Source: Polyangiaceae bacterium
Lineage (GTDB): Bacteria > Myxococcota_A > Polyangia > Polyangiales > Polyangiaceae
Assembly: GCA_035063585.1 (NCBI GenBank)
Contig: JAPSGB010000056.1
Location: 1 to 24,874, forward strand
DNA: 24,874 nucleotides
Direction of reading: 5' to 3'
Each line of letters starts with the position of its first letter. The stretch's first letter is position 1. The position numbers and the translations under genes are program-made. Of the stretch, positions 1-12,430 are shown piece by piece. The notes under the pieces are model-generated. The model was not told where the DNA came from. It saw nothing but the letters and a program-made list of their open reading frames with translations, and made no database searches.

Positions 1-530
1 GGCCTCGGGGCGACCTTGGCGCGCGCCGGTGGCGGGGAGGGTGGCAGCGTCGCGGCCGGCGTCGCGGCCGGCGCCGACGCGCTCGCGACGGCCGGCGCCG
101 ACGTGCTCGCGACGGCCGGCATCGCGAGCGCCCCGCTCCGCGCCGCCGGCCGCGCCGCCTCCACACTTCCATGAGGAACCGGATCGGGGCGAAGGACGAA
201 CCGCGCGGCGACGAGCGCGGCGAGCGCGGCGAGCGCGGCCGCGACGAGCCAGACGGCGCGAGCGCCGCGCGGGCGCGTCGCGGGCGCGACGGACGGCGCG
301 GGCGCGACGGACGGCGCGGGCTGGAGGCGCGGCACGGTGGCGGCTTTCCGCGGATCGAGGTCCGCGGCGAGCGCGACCGTCGCCATCTCGATGGTCTTGT
401 GCTGCGTGGTGGGCGGCAGCGTCTTCGGAGGCGCGTAGAGCTGCCCCTCGCTGCGCGCGGCCGAGGGCGGCGCGAACCAATCGACGGACCCGCGTGACGC
501 GTCGCCCTTCACTTCCCTGTGGTCTCCCAT
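1..530 (-). CDS. Hypothetical single-pass membrane protein, Pro/Ala-rich (3' end lies beyond the left edge; not in the ORF track)
   Basis: ATG at 530-528 with GGAGG just upstream. The frame MGDHREVKGDASRGSVDWFAPP...RAVWLVAAALAALAALVAARFVLRP...PAVASTSAPAVASASAPAA stays open to position 1 and has one hydrophobic segment followed by a P/A/S-rich stalk. Confidence 0.7.
   Translation of the reverse strand, partial: MGDHREVKGDASRGSVDWFAPPSAARSEGQLYAPPKTLPPTTQHKTIEMATVALAADLDPRKAATVPRLQPAPSVAPAPSVAPATRPRGARAVWLVAAALAALAALVAARFVLRPDPVPHGSVEAARPAARSGALAMPAVASTSAPAVASASAPAATPAATLPPSPPPARAKVAPR
65..120. repeat. 24-bp coding tandem repeat (2.3 copies) encoding PAVAS(T/A)SA
   Basis: cggccggcgccgacg(c/t)gctcgcga at 65-88 and 89-112, plus a partial copy at 113-120. 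Confidence 0.85.
280..320. repeat. 18-bp coding tandem repeat (2.3 copies) encoding PAPSVA
   Basis: gcgggcgcgacggacggc at 280-297 and 298-315, plus a partial copy. Confidence 0.85.
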
Positions 531-791
531 GGCCTCCGCCCGGCGCGTGGAACCCCTGGCGCGCGCCCGCCCTGACGCTCGCTCCGCGCCGGCGGCGTCG
601 TCAAGTATTTGCGACCCCGAGCCCCGGGGATCGTGATGGCGCGCAGCGAGAGCGATGGCGCCCGTTCGGTGCGGCCTGCTGGTCGGTTTCGCAAAATCGA
701 CGCGGAAGCGGTCGAGTCTCGAGACGAAGCGCAGCCGGCGCGGCGCCGGAACGCGCGGCCGGCCGCGCCGCCGGCCGCGCCGCCACGGCCA

Positions 792-1685
792 CTAGAGGAT
801 CGACTCGAGGATGCGGTCGAGCTCGTCGAAGCTCGCGTACTTCACGACCAGCTCGCCCTTGCCGTCCTTGTCGCGCACCTCGCAGCGCGCGCCGAGCTTG
901 CGCTCGAGCCGGGCCTCGAGATCCCGCACGCTCGCGCTCTTGCCGCGCTTGCCGCCCGGGCCGCCCTGGGCGGCGGCGCCGCGCTTGGCGGCGCGAACCA
1001 GCGCCTCGACCTGGCGCACGCTCAGTCGGCCCTTGACGGCCTTGTCCGCGAGCGCGAGGAGCGTCGCCTCGTCGGGCGCGCCGAGCAGCGCGCGCGCGTG
1101 ACCCTCGCTGAGCTCGCCCGCGATGACGCGCGCGCGGACCCCGCGCGGCAGCTTGAGCAGCCGGAGCGCGTTGGCGACGGTCGAGCGATCCTTGCCGATC
1201 CGCGCGGCGAGCGACTCCTGCGTGTAGTCGTATTCCTTGGTCAGCCGATCGAGCGCCTCGGCGAATTCGATGGCGTCGAGATCCTCGCGCTGGACGTTCT
1301 CGATGAGGGCGAGCTCGAAGGCGTCCTTGGCGGACACGTCGCGCACCACCACCAGGACCTCGCGGAGCCCGGCGCGCTGCGAGGCGCGCCAGCGCCGCTC
1401 GCCGGCGATGATCTCGAAGTCGTCGTGGCCCGGCCGGCGCCGCACCACGATGGGCTCGATGAGCCCGTGCGCGCGGATCGACTCGGCGAGCTCGTCGAGC
1501 TTGGCGGGGTCGATGTGCTGCCGCGGCTGGCCCTGCTGCGGGCGGATCTTCTCGACCGCGCACGAGAACACGTTGCCCTCGCCGTAGCTGCCGGCGGTGT
1601 GCGCGGGCACGGGCGGGCTCTTGGTCGGCAGGAGCACGTCGAGGCCGCGCCCGAGGCCACGCGTGGGCTTCTTCGCGTCGGTCAT
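792..1685 (-). CDS. parB: Chromosome partitioning CTPase ParB/Spo0J
   Basis: N-terminal [11 protein letters not shown]arA-interaction peptide, [10 protein letters not shown] motif, ENVQREDL, and [26 protein letters not shown]. The ATG overlaps the parA stop (ATGA). Confidence 0.96.
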   Translation of the reverse strand: MTDAKKPTRGLGRGLDVLLPTKSPPVPAHTAGSYGEGNVFSCAVEKIRPQQGQPRQHIDPAKLDELAESIRAHGLIEPIVVRRRPGHDDFEIIAGERRWRASQRAGLREVLVVVRDVSAKDAFELALIENVQREDLDAIEFAEALDRLTKEYDYTQESLAARIGKDRSTVANALRLLKLPRGVRARVIAGELSEGHARALLGAPDEATLLALADKAVKGRLSVRQVEALVRAAKRGAAAQGGPGGKRGKSASVRDLEARLERKLGARCEVRDKDGKGELVVKYASFDELDRILESIL

Positions 1686-2452
1686 GACCGGCGCGCCTCG
1701 ATGACCTCGCGCGCGAGGCTCAGGTACCCCTGCGCGCCCTTGCTCTGCACGTCGTAGAGCAGCACCGGCATCCCGTGCGAGGGCGCCTCGCTGAGCCGCA
1801 CGTTGCGCGGGATGAGCGACTCGAACACGCGGAAGTGATGCCGCACCTCCTCGGCGACCTGATGCGCCAGGCGGTTTCGCGGATCCCACATGGTGAGCAC
1901 GATGCCCTCCACCTGAAGCTCCGGGTTCAGGGTGTCGCGCACGCGATCGATGGTCGCCATCAGGTAGGTGATCCCCTCGAGCGCGTAGTACTCCGGCTGC
2001 AGCGGCACGATCACGCGGTTCGCGGCGACCAGCACGTTCATGGTGAGCACGCCGAGCGAAGGCGGCGAGTCGATGATGACGTAGTCGTAGTCGTCGAGCG
2101 CCGCGCCGGCGAGGAGCGCCTTCAGGTGCGTGCCGCGCTCGTGCTCGAAGAGCTCGTACTCGACCGCGGTGAGATCCTGGCTCGCGGGCGCCACGAAGAG
2201 CAGCGGCACCGCGGTCGGACGGATCACCGCCTCGAGCGGGAGCGCGCCGACCAGCGCGTCGTAGATGGTGCGCTCGACGCTGCGTGGCGCGATGCCGACG
2301 CCGCTCGAGGCGTTCGCCTGCGGATCGAGATCGACGAGCAGCGTGCGGTGCTCGGCCGCGGCGAGACTCGCGGCGAGGTTCACCGCCGTGGTCGTCTTGC
2401 CGACGCCGCCCTTCTGATTGGCGATCGCGATGATGTCGGGTCGTCGAGTCAT
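1682..2452 (-). CDS. parA: Chromosome partitioning ATPase ParA/Soj
   Basis: Deviant Walker [27 protein letters not shown] and [14 protein letters not shown]. Start at 2452 preferred; 2503 is an alternative. Confidence 0.96.
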   Translation of the reverse strand: MTRRPDIIAIANQKGGVGKTTTAVNLAASLAAAEHRTLLVDLDPQANASSGVGIAPRSVERTIYDALVGALPLEAVIRPTAVPLLFVAPASQDLTAVEYELFEHERGTHLKALLAGAALDDYDYVIIDSPPSLGVLTMNVLVAANRVIVPLQPEYYALEGITYLMATIDRVRDTLNPELQVEGIVLTMWDPRNRLAHQVAEEVRHHFRVFESLIPRNVRLSEAPSHGMPVLLYDVQSKGAQGYLSLAREVIEARRS

Positions 2453-2541
2453 GGCGGTGGCGGGCGTCGTGTGCTCCGGCCGGCGGCCGCACGCAACCCG
2501 CATAGGCTCTTATCGAAATCGCGCGCGGGGTTCTCGTTTTC

Positions 2542-2570
2542 TTGGTGGGGGGATCACTCTAGCGTACTCT
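2542..2570 (+). promoter_or_regulatory. Putative sigma70-type promoter for the leader/microprotein transcript
   Basis: TTGGTG (2542-2547), 17-nt spacer, TACTCT (2565-2570), in a locally AT-richer patch. Confidence 0.4.
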
Positions 2571-2576
2571 GTGTGT

Positions 2577-2840
2577 GGATGTAGGTGCGGGTGGTCAAAG
2601 GTGAGTTCTAGACAGCAGCTCGTAGCGAGGGACCGACGGCTCGGTCTCGCCAGAATCCTGGGTCGGGCCGGCGCGGCCGGCGTCGCGGGACCTCCGGCGA
2701 GCGAGCGGATCCTCCGGAACGGCTTCTGGCTCCCGCCGAGCCCCGCCCGCGCCGCATCGAGCCCGATTCGAGCGCTCTTCGCCACCGGCGCTCCGCCGGC
2801 GGCGGCGGGCGCCGCGCCTTCGGACAACCCCCGCACCCCG
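2577..2840 (+). ncRNA. Candidate structured 5' leader or ncRNA (unclassified)
   Basis: Helices seen by eye: 2584-2591/2830-2837, hairpin 2625-2650, nested 2660-2668/2761-2769, 2669-2676/2747-2754 and 2685-2690/2731-2736, and hairpin 2785-2799. Confidence 0.35.
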
Positions 2841-2861
2841 TAGCAGCCAGGAGACCGACAC

Positions 2862-3044
2862 ATGGCATCCCCGAGAAGTTACAACAGCTTCGCCGACTTC
2901 CAGCGCGAGCAGATCCGCCCCGAGATGCGGATCGGCTGGTCGGTGGACGAGCTCGAGGCCCCCGAGACCGAGCTCGACTTCGACGCCGACCCGTTCGAGG
3001 CCGCGCTCTGGGCGGCCGAGCAGGAAGAGCTCGAGGACGACTGA
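2862..3044 (+). CDS. Small, highly acidic hypothetical protein (60 aa)
   Basis: AGGAG Shine-Dalgarno, strong GC3 codon bias, 18 of 60 residues Asp/Glu, and an intrinsic terminator downstream. Confidence 0.85.
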   Translation: MASPRSYNSFADFQREQIRPEMRIGWSVDELEAPETELDFDADPFEAALWAAEQEELEDD

Positions 3045-3115
3045 GTCCATCGACTCGACCCGGCGCGCGGCTCCTCCCGCCCTGCGCCGGCGACCCCGCG
3101 AGCCCCGCGGGGTCC

Positions 3116-3155
3116 GGGCCTCCGCGGACTGCCACCCGCGGAGGCCCTTTTCTTT
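3116..3155 (+). terminator. Rho-independent terminator
   Basis: Perfect 12-bp stem GGGCCTCCGCGG/CCGCGGAGGCCC with an 8-nt loop, then TTTTCTTT. A second 9-bp hairpin precedes it at 3092-3114. Confidence 0.85.
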
Positions 3156-3255
3156 GGCGCGGTCCGGCGCGGCGCGGGCGGCCGCGGTTCTCGCGCCCGG
3201 GCCGCAGCGAAGGCTTGACCTGTCGCGCGCCGCATGGCACGGGGAGCGCCCCGTC

Positions 3256-4530
3256 ATGCAGGTCAACGTCCAGAAGCTGAGCCCGGTCCTCGTGGAGTTC
3301 GACGTCGTGGTCGACGCCGTTCGCGTCAAGAGCGAGTTCGACAAGGCGTTCGCCGCGGTGGCCCGCTCCGCCCGGGTCCGCGGCTTTCGTCCCGGCAAGG
3401 CCCCGCGCAAGGTGCTCGCCCAGATGTTCGGCTCCCGCATCGCCGCCGACGTCGCCCAGCGCCTGGTCGACGAGACCTTCCCGAAGGCGACCGACGAGCA
3501 GCAGCTCCAGCCGGTGAGCGCGCCCGACATCGAGCCGCAGAAGGTCGTCGAGACGGAGCCCTTCACCTACAAGGCGCGCTTCGAGATCGTCCCGGAGATC
3601 AGCGAGCTCAAATGGACGGGGCTCGAGGCGAAGCGCGAGACGGCGGCGGTCACCGACGAGATGATCACCGCGGAGCTCGACAAGCTCCGCCGCGCGAACT
3701 CCACGCTCGAGGCGCCCGCCGAGGCGCGGCCCGCGAAGACGGGGGACGTCGTCACCATCGATTTCACGGTCGAGGTCGACGGCTCCGAGGTCGCCGATGC
3801 CGGCGCGAAGGACTTCCAGGTCGAGCTCGGCGCGGGCCAGCTCATCGCGGCCATCGACGAGGCGCTGGTCGGCAAGGCGCCGGGCGCGCACGCGCACGCC
3901 TCGGTGGACATGCCGCCCTCCCACCCGCACGCCGGGCTCCGCGGCAAGCAGGCGACCTTCCACCTCTCGCTGACCGACGTGAAGGAGCGCATCCTGCCCG
4001 CGGCGGACGATGAGTTCGCGAAGGATCTCGGCGAGTACGAGACCCTCGCAGACTTGAAGAAAGACTTGAAGGATGGCTTGGAAAAGCAGGCGAAGGAAGC
4101 CTCGGACAACGCCCTCGCCGAGCAGCTCGTGAACGAGCTCGTGAAGGCGAATCCGATCCCGGTGCCGCCGTCGCTGGTCCGCCGTCAGATGCAGATCACC
4201 GAGCAAGAGGTGCTCGGCATGGCGCGGCGCCAGGGGCAGAGCCCGTCCCGCATCCCCGACGAGGTCCGCGCCCGCATCCAGGCCGACAGCGAGTCGAAGG
4301 TGCGCGCAGGCTTGCTCATGGCTGAAATCGCCAAGCGCGAGGCGATCAAGATCGGCGATCCCGAGCTCGAGGAGGGCATGAAGGAGCTCGCCGAGCAGAC
4401 CGGCAAGAACCTCGCGAAGCTCCGCGTCGAGTATCGTGACGCCAAGAAGCGCGAGATGCTCATCGGGATGATCCTCGAGAACAAGGTCCTCGACCTCATC
4501 GAGGCGAAGGCCGCCATCTCGAACGCCTGA
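3256..4530 (+). CDS. tig: Trigger factor
   Basis: Ribosome-binding signature GFRPGKAP, FKBP-like central domain (GDVVTIDF...), SD GGGGAG, and position before clpP. Confidence 0.95.
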   Translation: MQVNVQKLSPVLVEFDVVVDAVRVKSEFDKAFAAVARSARVRGFRPGKAPRKVLAQMFGSRIAADVAQRLVDETFPKATDEQQLQPVSAPDIEPQKVVETEPFTYKARFEIVPEISELKWTGLEAKRETAAVTDEMITAELDKLRRANSTLEAPAEARPAKTGDVVTIDFTVEVDGSEVADAGAKDFQVELGAGQLIAAIDEALVGKAPGAHAHASVDMPPSHPHAGLRGKQATFHLSLTDVKERILPAADDEFAKDLGEYETLADLKKDLKDGLEKQAKEASDNALAEQLVNELVKANPIPVPPSLVRRQMQITEQEVLGMARRQGQSPSRIPDEVRARIQADSESKVRAGLLMAEIAKREAIKIGDPELEEGMKELAEQTGKNLAKLRVEYRDAKKREMLIGMILENKVLDLIEAKAAISNA

Positions 4531-4579
4531 GCCCTCCTAAGACTTTACGGTTCCGCCCTCCGGCGCTACACCACCCGCC

Positions 4580-5230
4580 ATGGTGAGACGACCGGAGACG
4601 CGCGAACAAGCCCTCGGGGTGCTCGAGGCCGCCCAGGGCAACATCATCTACCCGCACGTGGTCGAGACCACGCACCGCGGCGAGCGGACGTGGGACATCT
4701 TCAGCCGGCTCTTGAAGGACCGCATCGTCTTTCTCGGCAGCCAGGTCGACGATGACGTCGCCAACATCATCATCGCGCAGTTTCTCTTCCTCGAGAGCGA
4801 GGATCCCGAGAAGGACATCCAGCTCTACGTGAACTCGCCGGGCGGCGTGGTGACCGCCGGGCTCGCCATCTACGACACCATGCAGTACGTCCGCTGCCCG
4901 GTCAGCACGATCTGCATCGGACAGGCCGCCAGCATGGGCGCGCTCTTGCTCGGCGCGGGGGACAAGGGGCGTCGCTACGCGCTCCCGCACTCGCGCATCA
5001 TGATCCACCAGCCGCTCGGCGGCGCGCGCGGTCAAGCCACCGACATCGAGATCCAGGCGCGCGAGATCCGCCACATGAAGGACGTCATCACCGACATCCT
5101 GGTAAAATCGTGCGGGAAGAGCCGCGACGAGATCGCGAAGGACATCGAGCGCGACTTTTACATGGGCCCGGCCCAGGCGAAGGAGTACGGGCTCATCGAC
5201 GAGATCTTCGAGCACAAGAAGAAGGGCTGA
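4580..5230 (+). CDS. clpP: ATP-dependent Clp protease proteolytic subunit
   Basis: [21 protein letters not shown], catalytic Ser (QAASMG), His (IMIHQP) and Asp (IERD). Confidence 0.98.
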   Translation: MVRRPETREQALGVLEAAQGNIIYPHVVETTHRGERTWDIFSRLLKDRIVFLGSQVDDDVANIIIAQFLFLESEDPEKDIQLYVNSPGGVVTAGLAIYDTMQYVRCPVSTICIGQAASMGALLLGAGDKGRRYALPHSRIMIHQPLGGARGQATDIEIQAREIRHMKDVITDILVKSCGKSRDEIAKDIERDFYMGPAQAKEYGLIDEIFEHKKKG

Positions 5231-5337
5231 GCGCCCGCGCCGCCCGGGCGCGCGGCGGCCTTGCCGCCGCTCTGGCCGCGGCTTAGACTTTCACCGAAAT
5301 TCCGGTTCGGTTTCCGCGCAGATAGAGGGCTGATTCA

Positions 5338-6591
<1,254 letters not shown>

Positions 6592-6613
6592 CGCCGCGCC
6601 CGGGAGCCCGCCC

Positions 6614-9112
<2,499 letters not shown>

Positions 9113-9249
9113 GCGGGCCCGCCGCCGGCCGCGCCGCACCCGCCAGAGGCCCCCCGAGGTCTGCGCGGGCGCCCGGGCGGGCGTGCGGCGCGAGCGGCTG
9201 GAAGAGGGGATGCCGGCGCGGCGCGAAGCCGCTATAGAGAGGCGCCCAT

Positions 9250-9324
9250 GGGCGGGTAGCTCAGCGGTAGAGCGCTGGCCTTACAAGCCGGATGTCGCAG
9301 GTTCGAACCCTGTCCCGCCCACCA
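9250..9324 (+). tRNA. tRNA-Val (anticodon TAC)
   Basis: Cloverleaf: acceptor GGGCGGG/CCCGCCC, D-arm GCTC/GAGC, anticodon loop CT-TAC-AA, T-loop TTCGAAC, encoded CCA. Confidence 0.97.
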
Positions 9325-9407
9325 CCAGCGCGCGCGCGACTTCCGTCATGGACCGGGTTGCCACGTCGCGAAGTCATGACATGAGGTCGGCACCAGGAGG
9401 TGCCCCC

Positions 9408-10514
9408 ATGATCGTAGGTGTTCCGAGAGAGACCAAGGCGCACGAGTATCGGGTCGGGATGCTGCCGGTGGGCGTGGAGGAGCTCACGCGCGGCGGGCAT
9501 CGGGTGCTCGTGGAGAAGAGCGCAGGCCTCGGGAGCGGGATCTCCGACGACGACTACGCGCGGCATGGCGCCACGCTGGTCGACGCGGGCGCCGAGATTT
9601 GGGCGGAGGCCGAGCTGGTCGTGAAGGTGAAGGAGCCGCAGCCCGCCGAGCTCCCGCGGCTCCGCTCGGGGCAGACGATCTTCACGTATTTCCACTTCGC
9701 GGCCGACGAGGCGCTCACTCGCGCCGTCATCGACTCGGGCGCGACCGCGGTCGCCTACGAGACGCTGCGCGACGAGGCGGGGCGGCTGCCGCTGCTCACG
9801 CCGATGAGCGAGGTCGCGGGGCGGATGAGCATCCAGCAAGGCGCGAAGTACCTCGAGCGGCCGCAAGGGGGCAGGGGAGTCTTGCTCGGCGGCGTGCCGG
9901 GCGTGCGGCCGGCGCACGTCACGATCCTCGGGGGCGGCGTGGTCGGCAGCAACGCCGCCAAGATGGCGGCCGGGCTCGGCGCGACGGTGGCGATCCTCGA
10001 CGTGAGCGTCGAGCGGCTCCGCTACCTCGACGATGTCATGCCGAAGAACGTCGTCACCCTGTTTTCCGACCGCCACACCATCCGCCAAGAGCTCGTCGAG
10101 GCCGACCTCGTGATCGGCGCGGTGCTGGTGGAGGGGGCGCGCGCGCCGCGGCTCGTCGAGCGCGCAGATCTCGGCACCATGAAGCCGGGGAGCGTCATCG
10201 TGGACGTCGCGGTCGATCAAGGCGGCTCGGTCGAGACGACCCGCCCGACCACCCACGGTGAGCCGACCTTCGTGGTCGACGGGGTCGTCCACTACTGCGT
10301 GGCGAACATCCCGGGCGCCGTGAGCCGCACCAGCACCTACGCGCTCTGCAACGTCACCTTGCCGTTCGCGCTGAAGCTGGCCGCCGCCGGCGTCGCGGAC
10401 GCGGCCGCGCGCGACCCCCGGCTGGTGAGCGCCGTGAACGTCCACCGCGGCAAGGTCACGAACGCGGCGGTCGCGTCGACCTTCGGGCTCGAGTATCGGC
10501 CGTTCGCGCCCTGA
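9408..10514 (+). CDS. ald: Alanine dehydrogenase
   Basis: MIVGVPRE...EYRV, VKVKEP, YFHFA, LLTPMSEVAGR, Rossmann GGGVVG, DVAVDQGG and HYCVANIPG. SD AGGAGG. Confidence 0.96.
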   Translation: MIVGVPRETKAHEYRVGMLPVGVEELTRGGHRVLVEKSAGLGSGISDDDYARHGATLVDAGAEIWAEAELVVKVKEPQPAELPRLRSGQTIFTYFHFAADEALTRAVIDSGATAVAYETLRDEAGRLPLLTPMSEVAGRMSIQQGAKYLERPQGGRGVLLGGVPGVRPAHVTILGGGVVGSNAAKMAAGLGATVAILDVSVERLRYLDDVMPKNVVTLFSDRHTIRQELVEADLVIGAVLVEGARAPRLVERADLGTMKPGSVIVDVAVDQGGSVETTRPTTHGEPTFVVDGVVHYCVANIPGAVSRTSTYALCNVTLPFALKLAAAGVADAAARDPRLVSAVNVHRGKVTNAAVASTFGLEYRPFAP

Positions 10515-10561
10515 GGGGCGCGCCGCCTGCGCGGCGGCGGGAGCGGCGCGCGGGCGCGACC

Positions 10562-10584
10562 GGCGGAGCGGGCGGGGCTCGAAC
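10562..10584 (-). repeat. Degenerate direct repeat of the tRNA-Asp 3' end (att-like)
   Basis: ggcggagcgggcggggctcgaac matches 12606-12628 ggcggggcggacgggactcgaac at 20 of 23 positions, in the same orientation. All three mismatches are transitions. Confidence 0.7.
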
Positions 10585-10734
10585 GCTGGTGAGCTAGCTC
10601 TCGTCTCGGCATGACGCCCAGGCGGTGGCGGCACCATCGACCGCCCCGCGCGGCGCCGCTCGGGAGCTCCAGGCCGCGCGGCTCGATCGATGACGGCGCG
10701 GAGCGTCAGGTCAGCGGCGGGTCCGCCCTACCGC

Positions 10735-11091
10735 TCATTTCTCGACCTGGTAGGTGCATTCCTTCAAATAGACGCGGCCGCCGGCCGGGGCGTCGACGGT
10801 GCCCTCGGCGACGAGCTTCGGGTAGTTGCCCGGGATGTCGACCCTGGACGGCACCAGGCAGGCGACCGTGTCCTTCGACGCCGGCTCGTCCGCGAGCAGC
10901 ACCGCCCAAGGGTCGGCGGGACGGCCGCCGTTCGAGAAGCCCTGCTTGTAGATCCCGGTGACGGAGATCTTCTGACCCTGGTACTTCGAGGCGTTCTTCG
11001 CGACTTCGGACGCCTTGAGCGGGCCCGCCTTTCCGCAGCCAAGGAGCGGGAGCGACGCCAGCAGCACGACGGAGAGAGTCAAGAGCTTCAT
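10735..11091 (-). CDS. Lipoprotein, possible OB-fold (tRNA_anti-like pattern)
   Basis: Lipobox LLGC. KYQGQKISVTG...VAC...VAEG...VYLKEC resembles OB-fold lipoproteins by eye. Confidence 0.7.
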   Translation of the reverse strand: MKLLTLSVVLLASLPLLGCGKAGPLKASEVAKNASKYQGQKISVTGIYKQGFSNGGRPADPWAVLLADEPASKDTVACLVPSRVDIPGNYPKLVAEGTVDAPAGGRVYLKECTYQVEK

Positions 11092-11205
11092 AGCGTCTCA
11101 CCTTACACCAGGCGCGCAGCTCGAACGCCAGAATATCCACGCCCCTTGGCAGGCTCCGGCGGACCCGATCCCGTCACGGACGCGCGACCTCCAGCCGGGC
11201 GTCGT

Positions 11206-11415
11206 TCATGGTCGAGGAGGGCGAGGCGCCGGACGCCCTTCGCGCGCGCGGAGCGCCCGTCGCCGGTCGAGCGCGCCGGAACGCGCCGCGAGCATGAGCG
11301 CCTCTTCCAGCCAGGCGAGGCGCCGCTCGACCGGCACCCGCAGCCCGAGCGCAAACTTGCGACGGCGTGTGGCCGCAAAGCTCCCCCAGCCCTCGTCGTC
11401 AGCTTCCTCGGTCAC
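11206..11415 (-). CDS. Small protein, putative antitoxin/partner of the upstream nucleotidyltransferase
   Basis: GTG start with GGAGGAG SD inside the NTase 3' end (17-nt overlap). 69 aa, with a predicted helix ERRLAWLEEAL. Confidence 0.65.
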   Translation of the reverse strand: MTEEADDEGWGSFAATRRRKFALGLRVPVERRLAWLEEALMLAARSGALDRRRALRAREGRPAPRPPRP

Positions 11416-11908
11416 GGCGTTTCTCCTCCCGGATCACCTCGAGCGCTTCGATGTCGAGCCGATCCTCGGCGCGATCGGCGAGCCGTTTCAATGCGATGAG
11501 ATCGTCGATGCTCGCGACGCGCACCGTCGTGCCACCGAGCGAGAGCTCGTCGGCTCGCGCGAAGAGATCCTCGAAGGGGATCGGGTGCTCGACGAATAGA
11601 TCGACCTCGCGGAGCGGATCGGTCGGATCCCAAAACGAGAAGACTCGCATCCCCTTGTCCTCGATCCACGAGCGCCGTACCGCCGGCGCGGCAAATCCGC
11701 GGGCGTCGACCGGCGCTCGCGGGCGCAGCCCGAGCGCGAGCAGCGCCTCGACGGCGCTCAGCGCCTGCGCTGGCTCGAGATCGACGACCAGATCGAGATC
11801 GGCGGTCAGCCGCGCGTACCCCTGCAGGACGACGGCGACGCCCCCGACGATGACGTACCGGACCTGGCGTCGCGCGAGCGCCAGCAGCACCGGTTCGAAG
11901 ATCGCCAT
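11399..11908 (-). CDS. Pol-beta-superfamily nucleotidyltransferase (DUF6036/AbiEii/MenT-like)
   Basis: VGGVAV, RLTADLD (DxD), VDLF, DLIALK and EDRLD motifs all present. Confidence 0.85.
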   Translation of the reverse strand: MAIFEPVLLALARRQVRYVIVGGVAVVLQGYARLTADLDLVVDLEPAQALSAVEALLALGLRPRAPVDARGFAAPAVRRSWIEDKGMRVFSFWDPTDPLREVDLFVEHPIPFEDLFARADELSLGGTTVRVASIDDLIALKRLADRAEDRLDIEALEVIREEKRRDRGS

Positions 11909-11992
11909 CGCGGTCGAGCCTAGCAGCTCGCGGACGCGCGACCTCCTGCCGGCCGGCGCTCGCGACGCGCGCCGGCCGCGGCCGCGCGGCGC

Positions 11993-12430
11993 TCACGGCG
12001 GGGCCGGCACGCCGCCCCCGCAGCGGAGCGTCTCGGCGAGGGTGAGCCCGCCCACCTGGCGCGCGTGACGCTGCTCGAGCGCCTTGGCCTCCGCGGAGCC
12101 GGGCACCACCGGGCGCTCGGGGATGGTGTCGGTGAGCGTGCCATCCGGGTCGAAGTAGAGCCCCGGTGAGTGAGCGCACGCGCCGTAGAGGCGGTAGAGC
12201 TTGCGCACCGCGCCGTCCGGCCCGCGGTAGATCCGCACCACGGCGCTGTCGCCGCCGCAGGGCGAATGGTGGCACACGCTCCGCAAGACGGCCTCCCGCA
12301 CCGCGTCGCGCGCCGGCGCGGCGCGGTGTGCGCTCGGCTGCTGCTGCTGCGAGGAAGCGGCTCGATGATCGCAGGCGGCATGCGCCAATAGAGCGCCCAC
12401 CACGACCAGCGCCCGCCCACTCCGCGCCAT
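11993..12430 (-). CDS. Hypothetical secreted protein/lipoprotein
   Basis: MARSGRALVVVGALLAHAAC signal with a possible lipobox, four further Cys residues, and GC3 bias. Confidence 0.65.
   Translation of the reverse strand: MARSGRALVVVGALLAHAACDHRAASSQQQQPSAHRAAPARDAVREAVLRSVCHHSPCGGDSAVVRIYRGPDGAVRKLYRLYGACAHSPGLYFDPDGTLTDTIPERPVVPGSAEAKALEQRHARQVGGLTLAETLRCGGGVPAPP

Noticed and set aside
545..553. GCGTGGAAC (and GTTCCACGCGAAG near 21408) as parS sites
   Set aside because: Half-site or imperfect matches only, with no full 16-bp palindrome.
29..1036. Arg/Pro-rich plus-strand ORFs at the left end
   Set aside because: Low-complexity shadows of the minus-strand genes (1-530 and parB).
792..2492. 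566-aa ORF suggesting an N-terminally extended ParB
   Set aside because: The extension is an alternative frame of parA. The true start is the ATG at 1685, coupled to the parA stop.
2574..2582. TGTGGATGT as a DnaA box / oriC next to parA
   Set aside because: A single 7/9 match with no box cluster, no AT-rich unwinding element and no dnaA nearby.
2845..2856. AGCCAGGAGACC resembles the 3' B12-box of cobalamin riboswitches
   Set aside because: The upstream GGGAA...GGTG...AA-TCC and GCCACTG elements are absent, and the match is explained by the SD sequence.
4540..5291. AGACTTT shared upstream of clpP and clpX
   Set aside because: Only 7 nt, non-palindromic and at different spacing; too weak to call an operator.
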